From: an uncultured Nitrososphaerales archaeon | Lineage (GTDB): Archaea > Thermoproteota > Nitrososphaeria > Nitrososphaerales > Nitrososphaeraceae | DNA length: 64,000 nucleotides | NCBI GenBank assembly: GCA_963695855.1 | Contig: CAVOHZ010000010.1 | Coordinates: 320,001 to 384,000 of the forward strand | Direction: 5' to 3' | Shown here: piece by piece, positions 43,266 to 54,152 of the stretch | How the letters are laid out: each line of letters opens with the position of its first letter | How positions within the stretch are numbered: position 1 is the first letter of the stretch | Made by a program: the position numbers and the translations under genes | The notes under the pieces: model-generated | The model's database searches: none | What the model saw: the letters and a program-made list of their open reading frames with translations, nothing else | Told to the model about the DNA's origin: nothing

Positions 43266-43565
43266 TCAAGTAGAATTTCCTAGCAAAGTAGTATTCTTCT
43301 TGAGAATTTCACGTAGTGATGGTGGGATTTCGTTTTCTGCACTTGTTATCTGTTCTGCTGCAGGCATACCGTATTTTTCCCTTAAAGTTTCCTGTTGACC
43401 TTTTAATACATCTATGGAAAATTGTGGTCCGATATATCCAAATGATGCCCACAAGATATAGACAACCAATAATGATACCCCCATCACTGCCAAAGGGATT
43501 CCATAATCTTTTAATCTATTATGTTTTTCTTCTGAATCTGGCAATTTTTTTTCTGTAGAAGTCAC
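43266..43565 (-). CDS. Single-TM hypothetical protein
   Basis: One hydrophobic helix. Confidence 0.6.
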   Translation of the reverse strand: MTSTEKKLPDSEEKHNRLKDYGIPLAVMGVSLLVVYILWASFGYIGPQFSIDVLKGQQETLREKYGMPAAEQITSAENEIPPSLREILKKNTTLLGNST

Positions 43566-43705
43566 TTTGATTAAAATAAAAATAGAAAATAGGACATATT
43601 AACATTATGTAAAAAACATTAATATGGAAAGTAATTCTATGCGGATGTTGTTGATTTTCCTAGAATAAAATCTGGTGAAGGGAGAAGAAAATTTGAAATC
43701 GGTGT

Positions 43706-44755
43706 TTATTTTTGGAATATCTTTATTGCTTGTGGAGGACACACATTTTCACATGCCAGACAGAAGATACAATCTTTCTCTCTAGCCATTATTGGTTTCT
43801 TGTCAGAACCAGGGTGACCGGGAGTATCTAACCATTCATAGACATTTACTGGACATGCTTCAATACAAGCGCCGTCTCCTATACAAATATCAAAGTCAAC
43901 ACATACACTATCTCCCCATATTCCCAACTGTCCTGGTGCATCAACTGGTCCCCAGACCGTTATTCCCTTGAATTTACCTGCTGTTGTACGTTTGCTTTTA
44001 AAGGAGGTATCTATTGGACCATCTACTTTTGAATAACCTGTTCCCGAACCGGTAAGGGATATTGACGAATCAGCATCTCTTGATGAAATTCCGGTTGGTG
44101 AAATCCCGGTTGGTGAAATCCCGGCTGGAGGAACATCTGATACAGAAGGTTGTGGGTAGGAGGTAATAATTTCCTGAGCTGAAACCGAAGCACCTGCTGG
44201 TGGTGGTGGAGGATTAAGGCTCCTGGTTTTTGGATTGATAGTCAGAGGGGTTAATTCTCCCAATTTTTCTATAGATTTTTCAAGTGATAGTCTTTCAATT
44301 TTTTGATAATAAGAAATTAGCTTATCACCAATAGAAGAATTTCGTAGGATTGTATCTATGACCATTTTTGCATTATGATCAGCCTTCTGTCGATAATTCT
44401 TTATCCAATACACATCTCCAAATGTCTCTATAGGTCTGATTTGGTAAATTATATCAATTACTTCGCCGGTTACAATTTCTACTACAATATCAAGATCTAC
44501 AGAAACCGGTTTTGCAGTGAAAGGATCAACATCGCTTTCTTTCCAAGTATATTTAACATAGATTCTATCAGCATATCTATCTATATTAAATCCATTCTTC
44601 TTGATCTCGTTTGCTATATTGGTAATTGTTGACTCATCCGTTAAGTTGACGGGTATCCTATATAGTCCCAATCTATAGCTATGAGTAGGATAAACACCTC
44701 TTTTTGACACATCAGATAACATTGTCCACACCCTATCCTTCAATAAGACAGACAT
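43706..44755 (-). CDS. Dicluster 4Fe-4S ferredoxin with a large N-terminal domain
   Basis: CIGDGACIEACP and CIFCLACENVCP; Pro/Ser-rich linker with GISPT repeats. Confidence 0.88.
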   Translation of the reverse strand: MSVLLKDRVWTMLSDVSKRGVYPTHSYRLGLYRIPVNLTDESTITNIANEIKKNGFNIDRYADRIYVKYTWKESDVDPFTAKPVSVDLDIVVEIVTGEVIDIIYQIRPIETFGDVYWIKNYRQKADHNAKMVIDTILRNSSIGDKLISYYQKIERLSLEKSIEKLGELTPLTINPKTRSLNPPPPPAGASVSAQEIITSYPQPSVSDVPPAGISPTGISPTGISSRDADSSISLTGSGTGYSKVDGPIDTSFKSKRTTAGKFKGITVWGPVDAPGQLGIWGDSVCVDFDICIGDGACIEACPVNVYEWLDTPGHPGSDKKPIMAREKDCIFCLACENVCPPQAIKIFQK

Positions 44756-44801
44756 TTTATATAATATCTAAAAAAGAAAAAACCTAAAAGGGTTTCGCTT
44801 G

Positions 44802-45110
44802 TCAATCATCAGGACAGGTCAATTCTCTTATTGCTTTATATTTTTTTTCTAGTTCTTCCGCGAAATTTACAACATAATCTATTTGAAACCTTGCCAATGG
44901 GAAGTACCATCTGATCGGGACTTTATGTCCAATACCATCCATGTCATAAATGAGCCCGTTCTCAACATTAACTGAATGTATTTCATCTTTTTTGATTTCT
45001 TTTGGTACCAATCCTCTTTTTGTCCTATCTTCCAGAACGAGAATTTCGTCATCTTCTTTCTTAAAAATGGTATAAAACTGACCTTTTTTGACTATATTTT
45101 TATCATCCAT
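44802..45110 (-). CDS. Conserved thaumarchaeal hypothetical protein
   Basis: Follows the sulfurtransferase; GLIYDMDGIGHKV.IRWYFP...TCPD. Confidence 0.65.
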   Translation of the reverse strand: MDDKNIVKKGQFYTIFKKEDDEILVLEDRTKRGLVPKEIKKDEIHSVNVENGLIYDMDGIGHKVPIRWYFPLARFQIDYVVNFAEELEKKYKAIRELTCPDD

Positions 45111-45148
45111 TTACATTTCCTTTTTTATTTTACGTTAACATTAATTTC

Positions 45149-46000
45149 TTATTTTTCTATTGGATTTCCTATCATGTTTCCCCATTCTGTCCATGAACCA
45201 TCATAGTTACTTACTGAAGGATATCCAAGTAGATATTTCAATACAAACCAACTATGTGACGAGCGTTCACCAATCCTGCAATAGCATATTACCTCTTTAT
45301 CAGGAGTTACACCCTTATCTTGGTAAAGTTTATTCAGTTCATCTGGTGTCTTGAATGTACCATCATCATTTACCGCTTGAAGCCACGGAATATTTTTAGC
45401 TCCGGGAATGTGACCGCTTCTTTGGGCATGCTCCATCGGATATTCTGGTGGAGCAGATATTTCTCCATTAAATTCCTTTGGAGAACGAACATCAACAAGC
45501 ACTGTTTCGACTTTTTCAAGCGATCTTCTAACATCAAATAGATATGAGCGTATTCCTTCATCAGGAGGATTGGAAACATAATTTGAAGAGGGTACAGAAG
45601 GCTCATCAGTAGTATAATTTCTATTTTCCAATTCCCATTTCTTTCTACCACCATTCATCAATTTTATTTTCTTGTGTCCATAATATTGAAATACCCAAAA
45701 AGCGAATGCCGCGAACCAATTATTAAAATCACCATATAGGACAAGAGTGTCATCTTTAGAAACTCCAATTCTAGACATTAATGATTCAAATTGCTTTTTA
45801 TTAATAATATCTCTTCGGGTTTGATCATTAATATCTTTTTTCCACCAAACCATGTGCGCACCTTGAATGTGACCACTTTTATAGGCATTTTCAACATCGT
45901 AATCAACTTCCAAAATCTTTATTTCTGGATTATCCAAATTGTTCGCAACCCATTCTGTTTCGCAAAGCACCTCTGGATCAAAATATTTGATATTATTCAT
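45149..46000 (-). CDS. Tandem-domain rhodanese / thiosulfate sulfurtransferase
   Basis: GHIQGA, GHIPGA, YCRIGERS, YDGSWTEW. Confidence 0.95.
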   Translation of the reverse strand: MNNIKYFDPEVLCETEWVANNLDNPEIKILEVDYDVENAYKSGHIQGAHMVWWKKDINDQTRRDIINKKQFESLMSRIGVSKDDTLVLYGDFNNWFAAFAFWVFQYYGHKKIKLMNGGRKKWELENRNYTTDEPSVPSSNYVSNPPDEGIRSYLFDVRRSLEKVETVLVDVRSPKEFNGEISAPPEYPMEHAQRSGHIPGAKNIPWLQAVNDDGTFKTPDELNKLYQDKGVTPDKEVICYCRIGERSSHSWFVLKYLLGYPSVSNYDGSWTEWGNMIGNPIEK

Positions 46001-46095
46001 TAAAATCTAAATAGATCTTTTATCTATTAAAAGATATTGAAAAATATTAAAAAGCAATTAAACACTTAAATTATCATAAAATAAGGTTTTTTAAA

Positions 46096-46189
46096 GGGCC
46101 GGTAGTTTAGCCTGGTAGAATACCTGCCTTGCATGCTTTTAAGGTAGAGGAAACGTAGGTGGTCGTGGGTTCAAATCCCACCCGGTCCA
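46096..46189 (+). tRNA. tRNA-Ala(TGC) with a 20-nt anticodon-loop intron (about 46134-46153)
   Basis: GGGCCGG/CCGGTCC acceptor stem with G3:U70; cctgc-ct-TGC-a[intron]c-gtagg anticodon arm; GGTTCAAATCC T arm. Confidence 0.93.
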
Positions 46190-46239
46190 TATACAGTTTA
46201 TTGTTGCCTTTAATTAAACGGGGCTAATTAGATAATTAA

Positions 46240-47175
46240 TTATTGTTGTCTTTCCATCAATTTGTGTATTATCTTTTCTGCTATTACATTTGATCCTAGT
46301 TCTTGTGCTTCTTTAGTTTGAGCTCCGATATGAGGAGAACAGATAACATTTGGTAATTTGACTAATGGACTATTTGTAGGGGGTTCATTTTCAAATACAT
46401 CTAGTGCTGCTCCAGCTATCTCGTTATTTACCAAAGCATCATACAATGATTTTTCATCAACAACATCGCCACGGGAAGCGTTGATAAAAAATGCTGACGG
46501 TTTCATTTTCGACAAAAGTGTCTCATTGAACATGTGTTTTGTTTCAGGAGTGGAGGGTACGTGACATGAAATAAAATCAGAACTTTCTACAAGCGTCTGT
46601 AAATCGGTAGTTATCATACCAACTTCTTTAATAAATTGGGGATTTATTGGAATAAGATCATGTCCAATTAAATTCATACGAAGACCTCTGGCTATTCTTC
46701 CAAGATTTCTACCTATATTTCCCACTCCAATAATTCCAAGATATTTGCCTTTTAATTCAATTCCGTTTAATTCTTTTTTTAACCAGTTACCCTTTTTCAT
46801 TTCATTATCTGCTAACAATATATTTCTGGACAATAATAACATAAACCCTATAACCAATTCAGATACTGCATTTATTGCAGCTTCTGGGGAATTTACTACT
46901 GAGATATTTTTCTGATCTGCTTCATCTATATCAATATTATCTAAACCGACTCCAGCTCTTGCAATAACCTTTGCATTGGTAGCTGCCTGAATTACATCTT
47001 TCGTGATTTTCGTCCTGCTCCTTACAACTAATACGTCATATTTGCTAACTTCTGCAAGCAACTCAGAGGGAGTTATGGATGGTTTATTTATAACGTTAAG
47101 ACCACTTTTTGACAAAATTGAGATTCCAATTTCATCAATTGGATCACATATCAATACATTTCCTTGTAATTGCAC
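46240..47175 (-). CDS. serA: D-3-phosphoglycerate dehydrogenase-like 2-hydroxyacid dehydrogenase
   Basis: RAGVGLDNID, GVGNIG, INASRG, ALDVFENEP, PHIGAQT. Confidence 0.85.
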   Translation of the reverse strand: MQLQGNVLICDPIDEIGISILSKSGLNVINKPSITPSELLAEVSKYDVLVVRSRTKITKDVIQAATNAKVIARAGVGLDNIDIDEADQKNISVVNSPEAAINAVSELVIGFMLLLSRNILLADNEMKKGNWLKKELNGIELKGKYLGIIGVGNIGRNLGRIARGLRMNLIGHDLIPINPQFIKEVGMITTDLQTLVESSDFISCHVPSTPETKHMFNETLLSKMKPSAFFINASRGDVVDEKSLYDALVNNEIAGAALDVFENEPPTNSPLVKLPNVICSPHIGAQTKEAQELGSNVIAEKIIHKLMERQQ

Positions 47176-47262
47176 ATGAAAAATCCTATAGTATGCAAAT
47201 ATAATTATTACTTAATATTTATCATCATCGAAATGAAGCATATATTATATTTAAGAAATAAT

Positions 47263-47643
47263 TTAGTTGTTTGAGATTATATCACCACTAACATGATCAA
47301 CATAATACGTATGATTGATTGGAGTTAATTTTATTTCCCAGGCAAAATGGTTACCTGTGGTAATAGTTGGAGAAGTAATTCCTATAAAATTTCCAATTTC
47401 TTTGGTTTTATCATCTGATAGATACAAATTACCATTTGATTTTAGATAAACAAATTTAGACTGCGTGTTGGTTATCTCATCTTTTGAAAGATTATTTTCT
47501 TTAAGAACTATTGATACAGCTGTACTGTTTGAAATTGTTTGAAAATTCCCAGACGATCTGGTTAAAGAATCAATCAGACCGAAATATACCAATAATGCAA
47601 AAACTACCCCTATCCCAAGAGATACTGCAAATTTCACTGCCAC
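47263..47643 (-). CDS. Membrane-anchored hypothetical protein (PepSY-like C-terminus)
   Basis: N-terminal TM; AWEI...YYVD..SGDII. Confidence 0.55.
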   Translation of the reverse strand: MAVKFAVSLGIGVVFALLVYFGLIDSLTRSSGNFQTISNSTAVSIVLKENNLSKDEITNTQSKFVYLKSNGNLYLSDDKTKEIGNFIGITSPTITTGNHFAWEIKLTPINHTYYVDHVSGDIISNN

Positions 47644-47713
47644 AAAAAACCATATTGTAAATATTAATTTAATTCTAATCTTGAGTTAATAAGATTAATA
47701 ATAACAACTGAAC

Positions 47714-48211
47714 TTGATTGCAATATTGATCACAGTCGAAGAAAAGCTCAAAGCTCTTGGGATTTCACTTCCTCCTCCGCCTAAACCCGCAGGATCTTAT
47801 ATTCCTCTAGTTCAAATTAATGATCTTATTTTTGTGTCAGGGCAGATTCCTCTTGACACAAATACTGAACCGCCTTATGTAAAATTTAAAGGAAAAATAG
47901 GTGAAAATGCAACTTTTGAAGAAGGTCAAAAGGCAGCTATGCTTTGCACTCTTAATTCTCTTTCTATATTAAAGCACCAGTTAAAAAGCTTGGATAAAGT
48001 AAGACGAGTAGTAAGAGTTTCAGCATTTATCAACTGTGCACCTACCTTTTCAGATCTTCCCAAGGTAATAAACCCAGCATCAGAAATGCTAGTGAAGATA
48101 TTTGGAGATAAAGGTAAACACACAAGAATCGCGTTAGGTGTTGCAAGTTTACCATTAGATAGCATTGTAGAAATAGAATACATATTCCAAGTATATTTAC
48201 AGAAAGAATAG
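47714..48211 (+). CDS. RidA/YjgF-family protein
   Basis: PKPAGSY, FVSGQIP, GKHTRIALGVASLP...VEIE. Confidence 0.9.
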   Translation: MIAILITVEEKLKALGISLPPPPKPAGSYIPLVQINDLIFVSGQIPLDTNTEPPYVKFKGKIGENATFEEGQKAAMLCTLNSLSILKHQLKSLDKVRRVVRVSAFINCAPTFSDLPKVINPASEMLVKIFGDKGKHTRIALGVASLPLDSIVEIEYIFQVYLQKE

Positions 48212-48330
48212 AATGTTAGTTTAAGGTAAAAGGTAGAAATCTAACTTGAATATTATTTTGTCAAAATCCTCAGGCGTAATAAAGCAAATTCTTAAATAAC
48301 CTTTTCGAGGATTTTTATTGATACTATAAA

Positions 48331-48786
48331 ATGTACAAACATCTAGCTAAAACTTGGATTAACATGTGGAAAACCAATAGCGAACAATTAAAATCAAGAG
48401 CCATTGGCTGGAGAAGAGAACTTGCTATTCATAGAATTAACAGACCCAGCAGACTTGATAGAGCAAGAAGACTGGGATACAAAGCTAAACAAGGGATTAT
48501 TGTTATTCGTACTAGAGTAGGAAGAGGTGGAATGAGAAAGCAAAGACCAACAGCTGGAAGAAGACAAAAACACAGTGGTGTTGTACGTATCAAACAGGCG
48601 ATGAATATGCGATTAGTTGCAGAAAGAAGAGTTAATGAAAGGTACCCCAACATGGAAATAATTGGTTCATATTTTCTCTACAAAGATGGAAAACATTCAT
48701 GGTATGAAGTAATTTTAGCTGATCCTAACCACCCATCTGTATCCAACGACAAGGAAATGCGTGGAAAATTAAGGGCTTTCGCGTAG
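48331..48786 (+). CDS. rpl15e: 50S ribosomal protein L15e
   Basis: RPSRLDRARRLGYKAKQG, VAERR, YEVILADP.HP. Confidence 0.97.
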   Translation: MYKHLAKTWINMWKTNSEQLKSRAIGWRRELAIHRINRPSRLDRARRLGYKAKQGIIVIRTRVGRGGMRKQRPTAGRRQKHSGVVRIKQAMNMRLVAERRVNERYPNMEIIGSYFLYKDGKHSWYEVILADPNHPSVSNDKEMRGKLRAFA

Positions 48787-48854
48787 GAAAACTAAATCTA
48801 TTATTTTTGTTTCCTTTATCACAAGATACTAAAGAAGATAAGACGTATGACTAT

Positions 48855-50070
48855 TTAAGACTGGATCATAATTGAATATTCAATAAACAAGTATCATTCT
48901 GCCAACAATAATAGTAAGATGTAATCAATAGTTATTCCCTAACATGTGTTTGATTGCTCCATAATTATATTTTATAGTTTTACAGTTATATTATACAAGT
49001 ATCTGGTATAGCAAGACTGATAATAATACTGATGCACAAGTACTATCATACCCTCTTACAAGTAACGCATCTATCCTAAAAAGAGATTTGATATGTCCTT
49101 TCAACGCCTCGATTGATTACTTCTCAACTAATAGATAGTCTGTACATTGTTAGATTGACAAAATTGAACTAGTTTGATCCTAACATTAGGTATATTTTCA
49201 TATCTTTATACTGTGCACTAACTAAAATCCGATATCTGTGCTTATTATACAATTTATGACCATCAATCATATCCAGGATCTGCAGACATGTATGGTCTTT
49301 TTCTGATGATTGTAACTGGTAGACTTGATGTTAATTTATCATACATGTTATTGTCTGCTGTGTTGGCAGTCGTGAAATCTACTGCTAATGATACAATAAT
49401 AATAACAGAACCACCAGTACTTGATGCCAGGTTTAATTTTTATCCAAATATCCAACTCTTGATATGACTGAATCCTCATCTTGAATCTGTATCAATATCA
49501 ATACCAGAAGGTGATACTACTACTACGCCTTCGGTAATAGATAGAAGACTTGTATCAGATATATCCTTTAGTCTTGATAAGGTACTGTTATCTGCTGAAG
49601 CAACATATGGATCAACTAAACTATATTCTAGTAAAGAAGATCTCTCATCACTAATCCTGGTATTTACATCTCGTAATATTGTAACGAGACATCTGTCAAA
49701 TGTTATTCTATTTGGTACTCAGGATAATCCACACACTTTCATTACCTTTCTTTCTGTTATATTGCAGATGCATTTCAAGTTAATGCTACAATGCTGTTGG
49801 AATCTAATCGAAACCATATACATAATGTAAAGCATCTTAATTAAGATAACAGTTGGAGAATAGATATATAGTCTGCCACGTCTTTTGTTATTTTTATCTG
49901 GCCACCTAATTAATCCAACCAAATGCAAAATATTATTTAGAATAGTTGTTGATCTATTTTGAGATGGTTTGTTGGTTAGGATGATTGTTTTTTACCAAAA
50001 CATCATTCTCCAAGAGATAGCTTTATTTCTTCTGAAAATAAAATAAAAAAATAATTATGATCCCGCTTAA
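48855..50070 (-). mobile_element. Heavily degraded IS5-like insertion sequence
   Basis: Inverted ends ggatcataatt (48863-48873) and aattatgatcc (50053-50063), each with TTAA a few bases outward; fragment KRRGRLYIYSPTVIL and further transposase-like pieces with many stops. Confidence 0.7.
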
Positions 50071-50075
50071 ACTAG

Positions 50076-50465
50076 CTAAAACTTAAGTTTCTCCTGAATT
50101 TTTCTAATAATACCATGTAATTCGTCGCTAGATATTTCTCTCTCTATCGTAAGATAATAGATTAATCCATTCCTCATAAAACTAACAATATTTACCTTGG
50201 AGCTCTGTAATAGAATAAGTTCTGTAGGTCCAATAGATTCCTCATAATTTTTCCTTATATTGAATATCATTGAGTGGAGAAAAAATTCATTCCTTGCCTC
50301 TTCAGGTCTCAATAGTGGAACCAGTCCTGATTTCATCTCGCCAGCAAGTGTTCTGCCAAATTCGTTAGTAATACACACATAACGAACATTTAAAGATAAT
50401 TCAAGCAATTTCTTACAATACTCTCTTAGTTCGACAATTCTGTCTATATTTTTTTTGCTGTTCAT
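50076..50465 (-). CDS. Roadblock/DUF6659-like protein
   Basis: VRYVCITNEFGRTLAG...GLVPLL. Confidence 0.7.
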   Translation of the reverse strand: MNSKKNIDRIVELREYCKKLLELSLNVRYVCITNEFGRTLAGEMKSGLVPLLRPEEARNEFFLHSMIFNIRKNYEESIGPTELILLQSSKVNIVSFMRNGLIYYLTIEREISSDELHGIIRKIQEKLKF

Positions 50466-50559
50466 ACTCTTTGTATTAAGAATAAGAATCTAAAATATCT
50501 TTATAAAAATTTCATTATTGAAGAAAACATGATGTAAATGTGTTAATAATTTAAATCTA

Positions 50560-51216
50560 TTAATCATGTGGATTTTCGGCTATTTTCTTTAAAATCCCCA
50601 TTGCATCTAATTCTTTGAGGCTTTGTCTTTGAGTAGAAACGAAATTGTGAAAGTCTTCTATAGTATCCCTTCTATCAGAATAGAGTTCAATAGATTTCTT
50701 AACTATATTTTCGTAACTCCTAAAAGGAAAATAAATTTTCTTTGCAGTTCTAGTAATTAACTGCTTTGTTTCCTTATCAATTATTCCTTTTTTAAAAGCA
50801 AGAAATAGATTATATCTTATATCTATCATGGCCTCTGAAAGAAGATTATAAGAGTTATCAAATGTAACTGCTACTTCGTCATCTGAATTTATTATATTCT
50901 TCTTGAATATTTCAAAAACCCGTCCATATCCCTTCATTCCAAATTTTTCTAATTCAACTGCGCGTAAAGCCCCAAGACTGGACGCGCCGTATACTTGAAA
51001 ATTATTTTTATTTACTACCTGAAATACTTCTATGGGAGTAGGAGGATAATCTTGTAAGAATACACCATCTATTAAAATAATTATCTTTTTTTCTGATATT
51101 AAACTTAATTTAATGAAATCACCTTTTTTGGCAGGTGGTAGAAATTCTGCATTTATTATCTTTCTTGCTTTTTCTATAGAAAGACTGGGACCCAAAAAAA
51201 CTATAGGAACACTCAT
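50560..51216 (-). CDS. tfuA: TfuA-family protein
   Basis: VFLGPSL, PPAKKGD, LIDGVF, GASSLGALRAVEL, DDEVAV, LSEAMIDIR, LKELDA. Confidence 0.92.
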   Translation of the reverse strand: MSVPIVFLGPSLSIEKARKIINAEFLPPAKKGDFIKLSLISEKKIIILIDGVFLQDYPPTPIEVFQVVNKNNFQVYGASSLGALRAVELEKFGMKGYGRVFEIFKKNIINSDDEVAVTFDNSYNLLSEAMIDIRYNLFLAFKKGIIDKETKQLITRTAKKIYFPFRSYENIVKKSIELYSDRRDTIEDFHNFVSTQRQSLKELDAMGILKKIAENPHD

Positions 51217-52550
51217 CTAAAATATCTCCTTGCCCTCCATCCCATCATCGACCTTGTAAATTTAAATGTCTCCAAACCAGGCACAATGGCCCTAACCACA
51301 GGAACTTTTAACTTGTTATTAGTAAGATCTATTATTATGGCCTTGTTAATACCGACTCTCTTTAATTTAGATGTTATTAAATTTATATCGTCAAGAATAT
51401 CATCATTTTGATATGTAATGATTTTAGAAAACTTAACAACGTCTTTAGATGACATAAACTGCCATGAAGATTTATCATCCGAATTATTCTGACCGTACTT
51501 TATTTTTCTTAAATCATCCCTTGCTCCTTGTATATTCGCTGCCCTAGTTTGAGATACCTCTGTAATAGCTCGCAATAGAGCTATTCTTTTGTCAGGATGA
51601 GTGCCATGTCCCTCAGCCAAATATCCATAGTTGTCAGATACCCATTCCACACAGGCTACGTTAAAGGTTGGAATTTCCAGATCTGATGTTACATTTTTAG
51701 TGATTAGACGAATTCCGTGTTTTTTGAATCTTTGGACAAGATTCATTATTGGTTCAAAATGTACATCAGAAATATCAACATCTGGAAAGATCCCATAGTC
51801 ATCAATGAAATCATTTTTTGAAATTATTCTAATATCAAATCCATTATTTCTTAAATTATTAGAGAGATTATATAATAAATGAAATGGTATGGCGCTGCAT
51901 CTTAGTTCTGCTAGACTAACTGCATCTCTTTCAATTACCTCGCACAATGAATGACAAACAGCTTCTTCAAATACGTTACCAGAAGCTAATCCGTTCGTAT
52001 GGTGAAAGGAAAAGGGATTGACAGCTGGGTATGAAGGGGTATATCTAAATATTGCTAAAGAAGAAGGAACTAAGATATTCTCTTTATTAATTATATCAAA
52101 TCCTTCAACATAATCCATCATCATAGTATCTTGAAAATCGTATGATAGCGGTTCTACTAATTCTTCAGGATGTAAAATATTATATCTTCGGGATAATTCT
52201 TTAAATGTTCCGCGAAACATTTTTTTTGTAAAGGAGCTTGGTAACGATGAATACCTTTCAATACTTTCCATTATTGCACTCACTTTAGCATGAGCTTTAG
52301 TTGGACCTTTGCCACTATACACCCAAATATAATCTTCAGTCCCAGGTAGAACAGATGAATAATTTGGTATGTATAGTTTATCCATGTATGTGATATCTGC
52401 TAATCTAGTAAGACCGATTTCTTTAGATAGATGTGAGACTTGCTGGAGAGTTCTTTCTACTGGTATCGTTCTCGATGTTCCGTTTACGGTCCATTTTTTT
52501 TGACTCTTTAGATCCAATTTGAGAAAAATATCTTCTGAAGTTCTTATCAA
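51213..52550 (-). CDS. ycaO: YcaO-family protein (TfuA-associated, thioamide-forming type)
   Basis: GLTRLADIT, GKG...SAIMESIER, TNGLASGN..EEA....LCEVIERD, A.LRAITEVSQTR, PVVRAIVPGLE; stop overlaps the tfuA start. Confidence 0.93.
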   Translation of the reverse strand: MIRTSEDIFLKLDLKSQKKWTVNGTSRTIPVERTLQQVSHLSKEIGLTRLADITYMDKLYIPNYSSVLPGTEDYIWVYSGKGPTKAHAKVSAIMESIERYSSLPSSFTKKMFRGTFKELSRRYNILHPEELVEPLSYDFQDTMMMDYVEGFDIINKENILVPSSLAIFRYTPSYPAVNPFSFHHTNGLASGNVFEEAVCHSLCEVIERDAVSLAELRCSAIPFHLLYNLSNNLRNNGFDIRIISKNDFIDDYGIFPDVDISDVHFEPIMNLVQRFKKHGIRLITKNVTSDLEIPTFNVACVEWVSDNYGYLAEGHGTHPDKRIALLRAITEVSQTRAANIQGARDDLRKIKYGQNNSDDKSSWQFMSSKDVVKFSKIITYQNDDILDDINLITSKLKRVGINKAIIIDLTNNKLKVPVVRAIVPGLETFKFTRSMMGWRARRYFR

Positions 52551-52602
52551 GCTTACGAATTATGCATTAAGATTATATATTACATTCACCAAATTTAAAA
52601 TC

Positions 52603-52779
52603 GTGAGTTCTCGTCGGAAAGAAGCAGAAATAATTAGTGAGATTCTGCTGAGGGCTGCTAGTGAACCGGAGTTTAGGAATGTTCTTATCAAGGATTCTTC
52701 TTCAGTTCTAGAGAAATATGATATTTCGAATGAAGCAAAATACATAATTAAAAAGAGTATTATAGATCTAACACAATAA
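52603..52779 (+). CDS. 58-aa NHLP (nitrile-hydratase-leader)-like peptide, divergent from ycaO
   Basis: GTG start in frame with the ORF-track 52519 ORF; ISEILLRAASEPEFRNVLIKDSSSVLEKYDISNE matches the RA..D.eFR..L..DP...L...gl leader pattern. Confidence 0.7.
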   Translation: MSSRRKEAEIISEILLRAASEPEFRNVLIKDSSSVLEKYDISNEAKYIIKKSIIDLTQ

Positions 52780-54152
52780 TAATAAAGGGTCGAAGAAAGC
52801 TTTGTTTTAAAGACTTGACTTTTGAGACACTCTAAAAATAAAATAAAATAAAATTGATTTATGAAAGCAGGGTGATGTAATTAGTTAGATAAATATGAAC
52901 ACATGATTAATGTACCCCGCCTCTGACTCACAACTATTCACAGATAGCCTTACACACTTGGTGTAATACTCCTAGCGTTTTTTAAACGGGGATACCTTTA
53001 AGACATATGAATGAACATAAGAATCATTGTAATTTCATCATAGTTCAACTCTATGCTTCTAAGGCAGTAAAGTATATCATTAGAAATATAAAATAATTAT
53101 GCTCTGCTGAGAATATTTTTATCTCTTATAAAATAAGAAATAACAATGGAATTGTAAAATTCTTAAACAGTTGAATCACAAGTATATAATAATTATTAAT
53201 ACCATTTACATGATTTGTCCGATATATCTATACGTTGAAAACGACCAAAACCCATCAGAAAAGAATCTTATATTTTTGGAATATATGTTGTCATCAAAAA
53301 GGAAAATGTCCTATATGTAAGAACACATAAATCAAACATGTGCATAGTAAGCGGCATATTCAAGTGACTTAAATAGACATCTTTTGAGCGATTGTACGAT
53401 TATTTTCGTAGGCTAGGAATCTCTTTTATATCGTCCTTGTTTTATCAATTTATACTCTGTAGTCGTGCGAACGGAATAATATGCAACCTATCTCTATTCA
53501 ATATGGAATATATCTTTTAGTATATCGATAATTGAACGTGTATTTAGAACATTGGCACACATAATTTATAATTTACCAATAGTAAAAAATGTTGGATCTG
53601 AAAGTACCTCTGGAAATGAAAATTGCTAAAGCTATGTTTCTGTGGACATCGTAAAACAAATTAATAGACTGACTCTAATTGAAAACAATAATCTAGTATT
53701 TAATAATTAAAATAGAAATTGACTTGTTACTACAATTTATGTTTCATTGAGAAAGTAGAAAACATTAAAATACCTGATAAAGAAACACATTAGAAAAGGC
53801 TCTCTATATTAGACAGATAATCATATTGATCATACAATCTAAGCCCATAATTAAAAAAAATGATTCAATTGCATACGGAAAAAAAGCAATATGTTGTATA
53901 ACACAATAACATTCATGAAACTGAATGATGGCAAGGTTATGTCAGAGGAATCCTGGAGACAGGACAAGTACAATATACTTTCTAATGATTAACCTACACT
54001 TGTTTTCCTAAAAGGTCAACTAGTGTGTATTACAGAATGAAAACCTCAATCTGGATGTCACAAACTATCTCTTTAGGTCTCGAATTATTGCAAGTTAGTA
54101 TAATCAATATCTGTAAATCAAGTAAGCGATAAGTTTCCCTTGTAAGGATCTT

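Noticed and set aside
48331-48786. Short (151-aa) L15e as a truncated pseudogene
   Set aside because: All core motifs are intact; short L15e appears normal for this lineage.
50560-52550. YcaO-TfuA as evidence of methanogenesis (McrA thioglycine)
   Set aside because: No mcr genes are present and the surrounding genes are thaumarchaeal in character.
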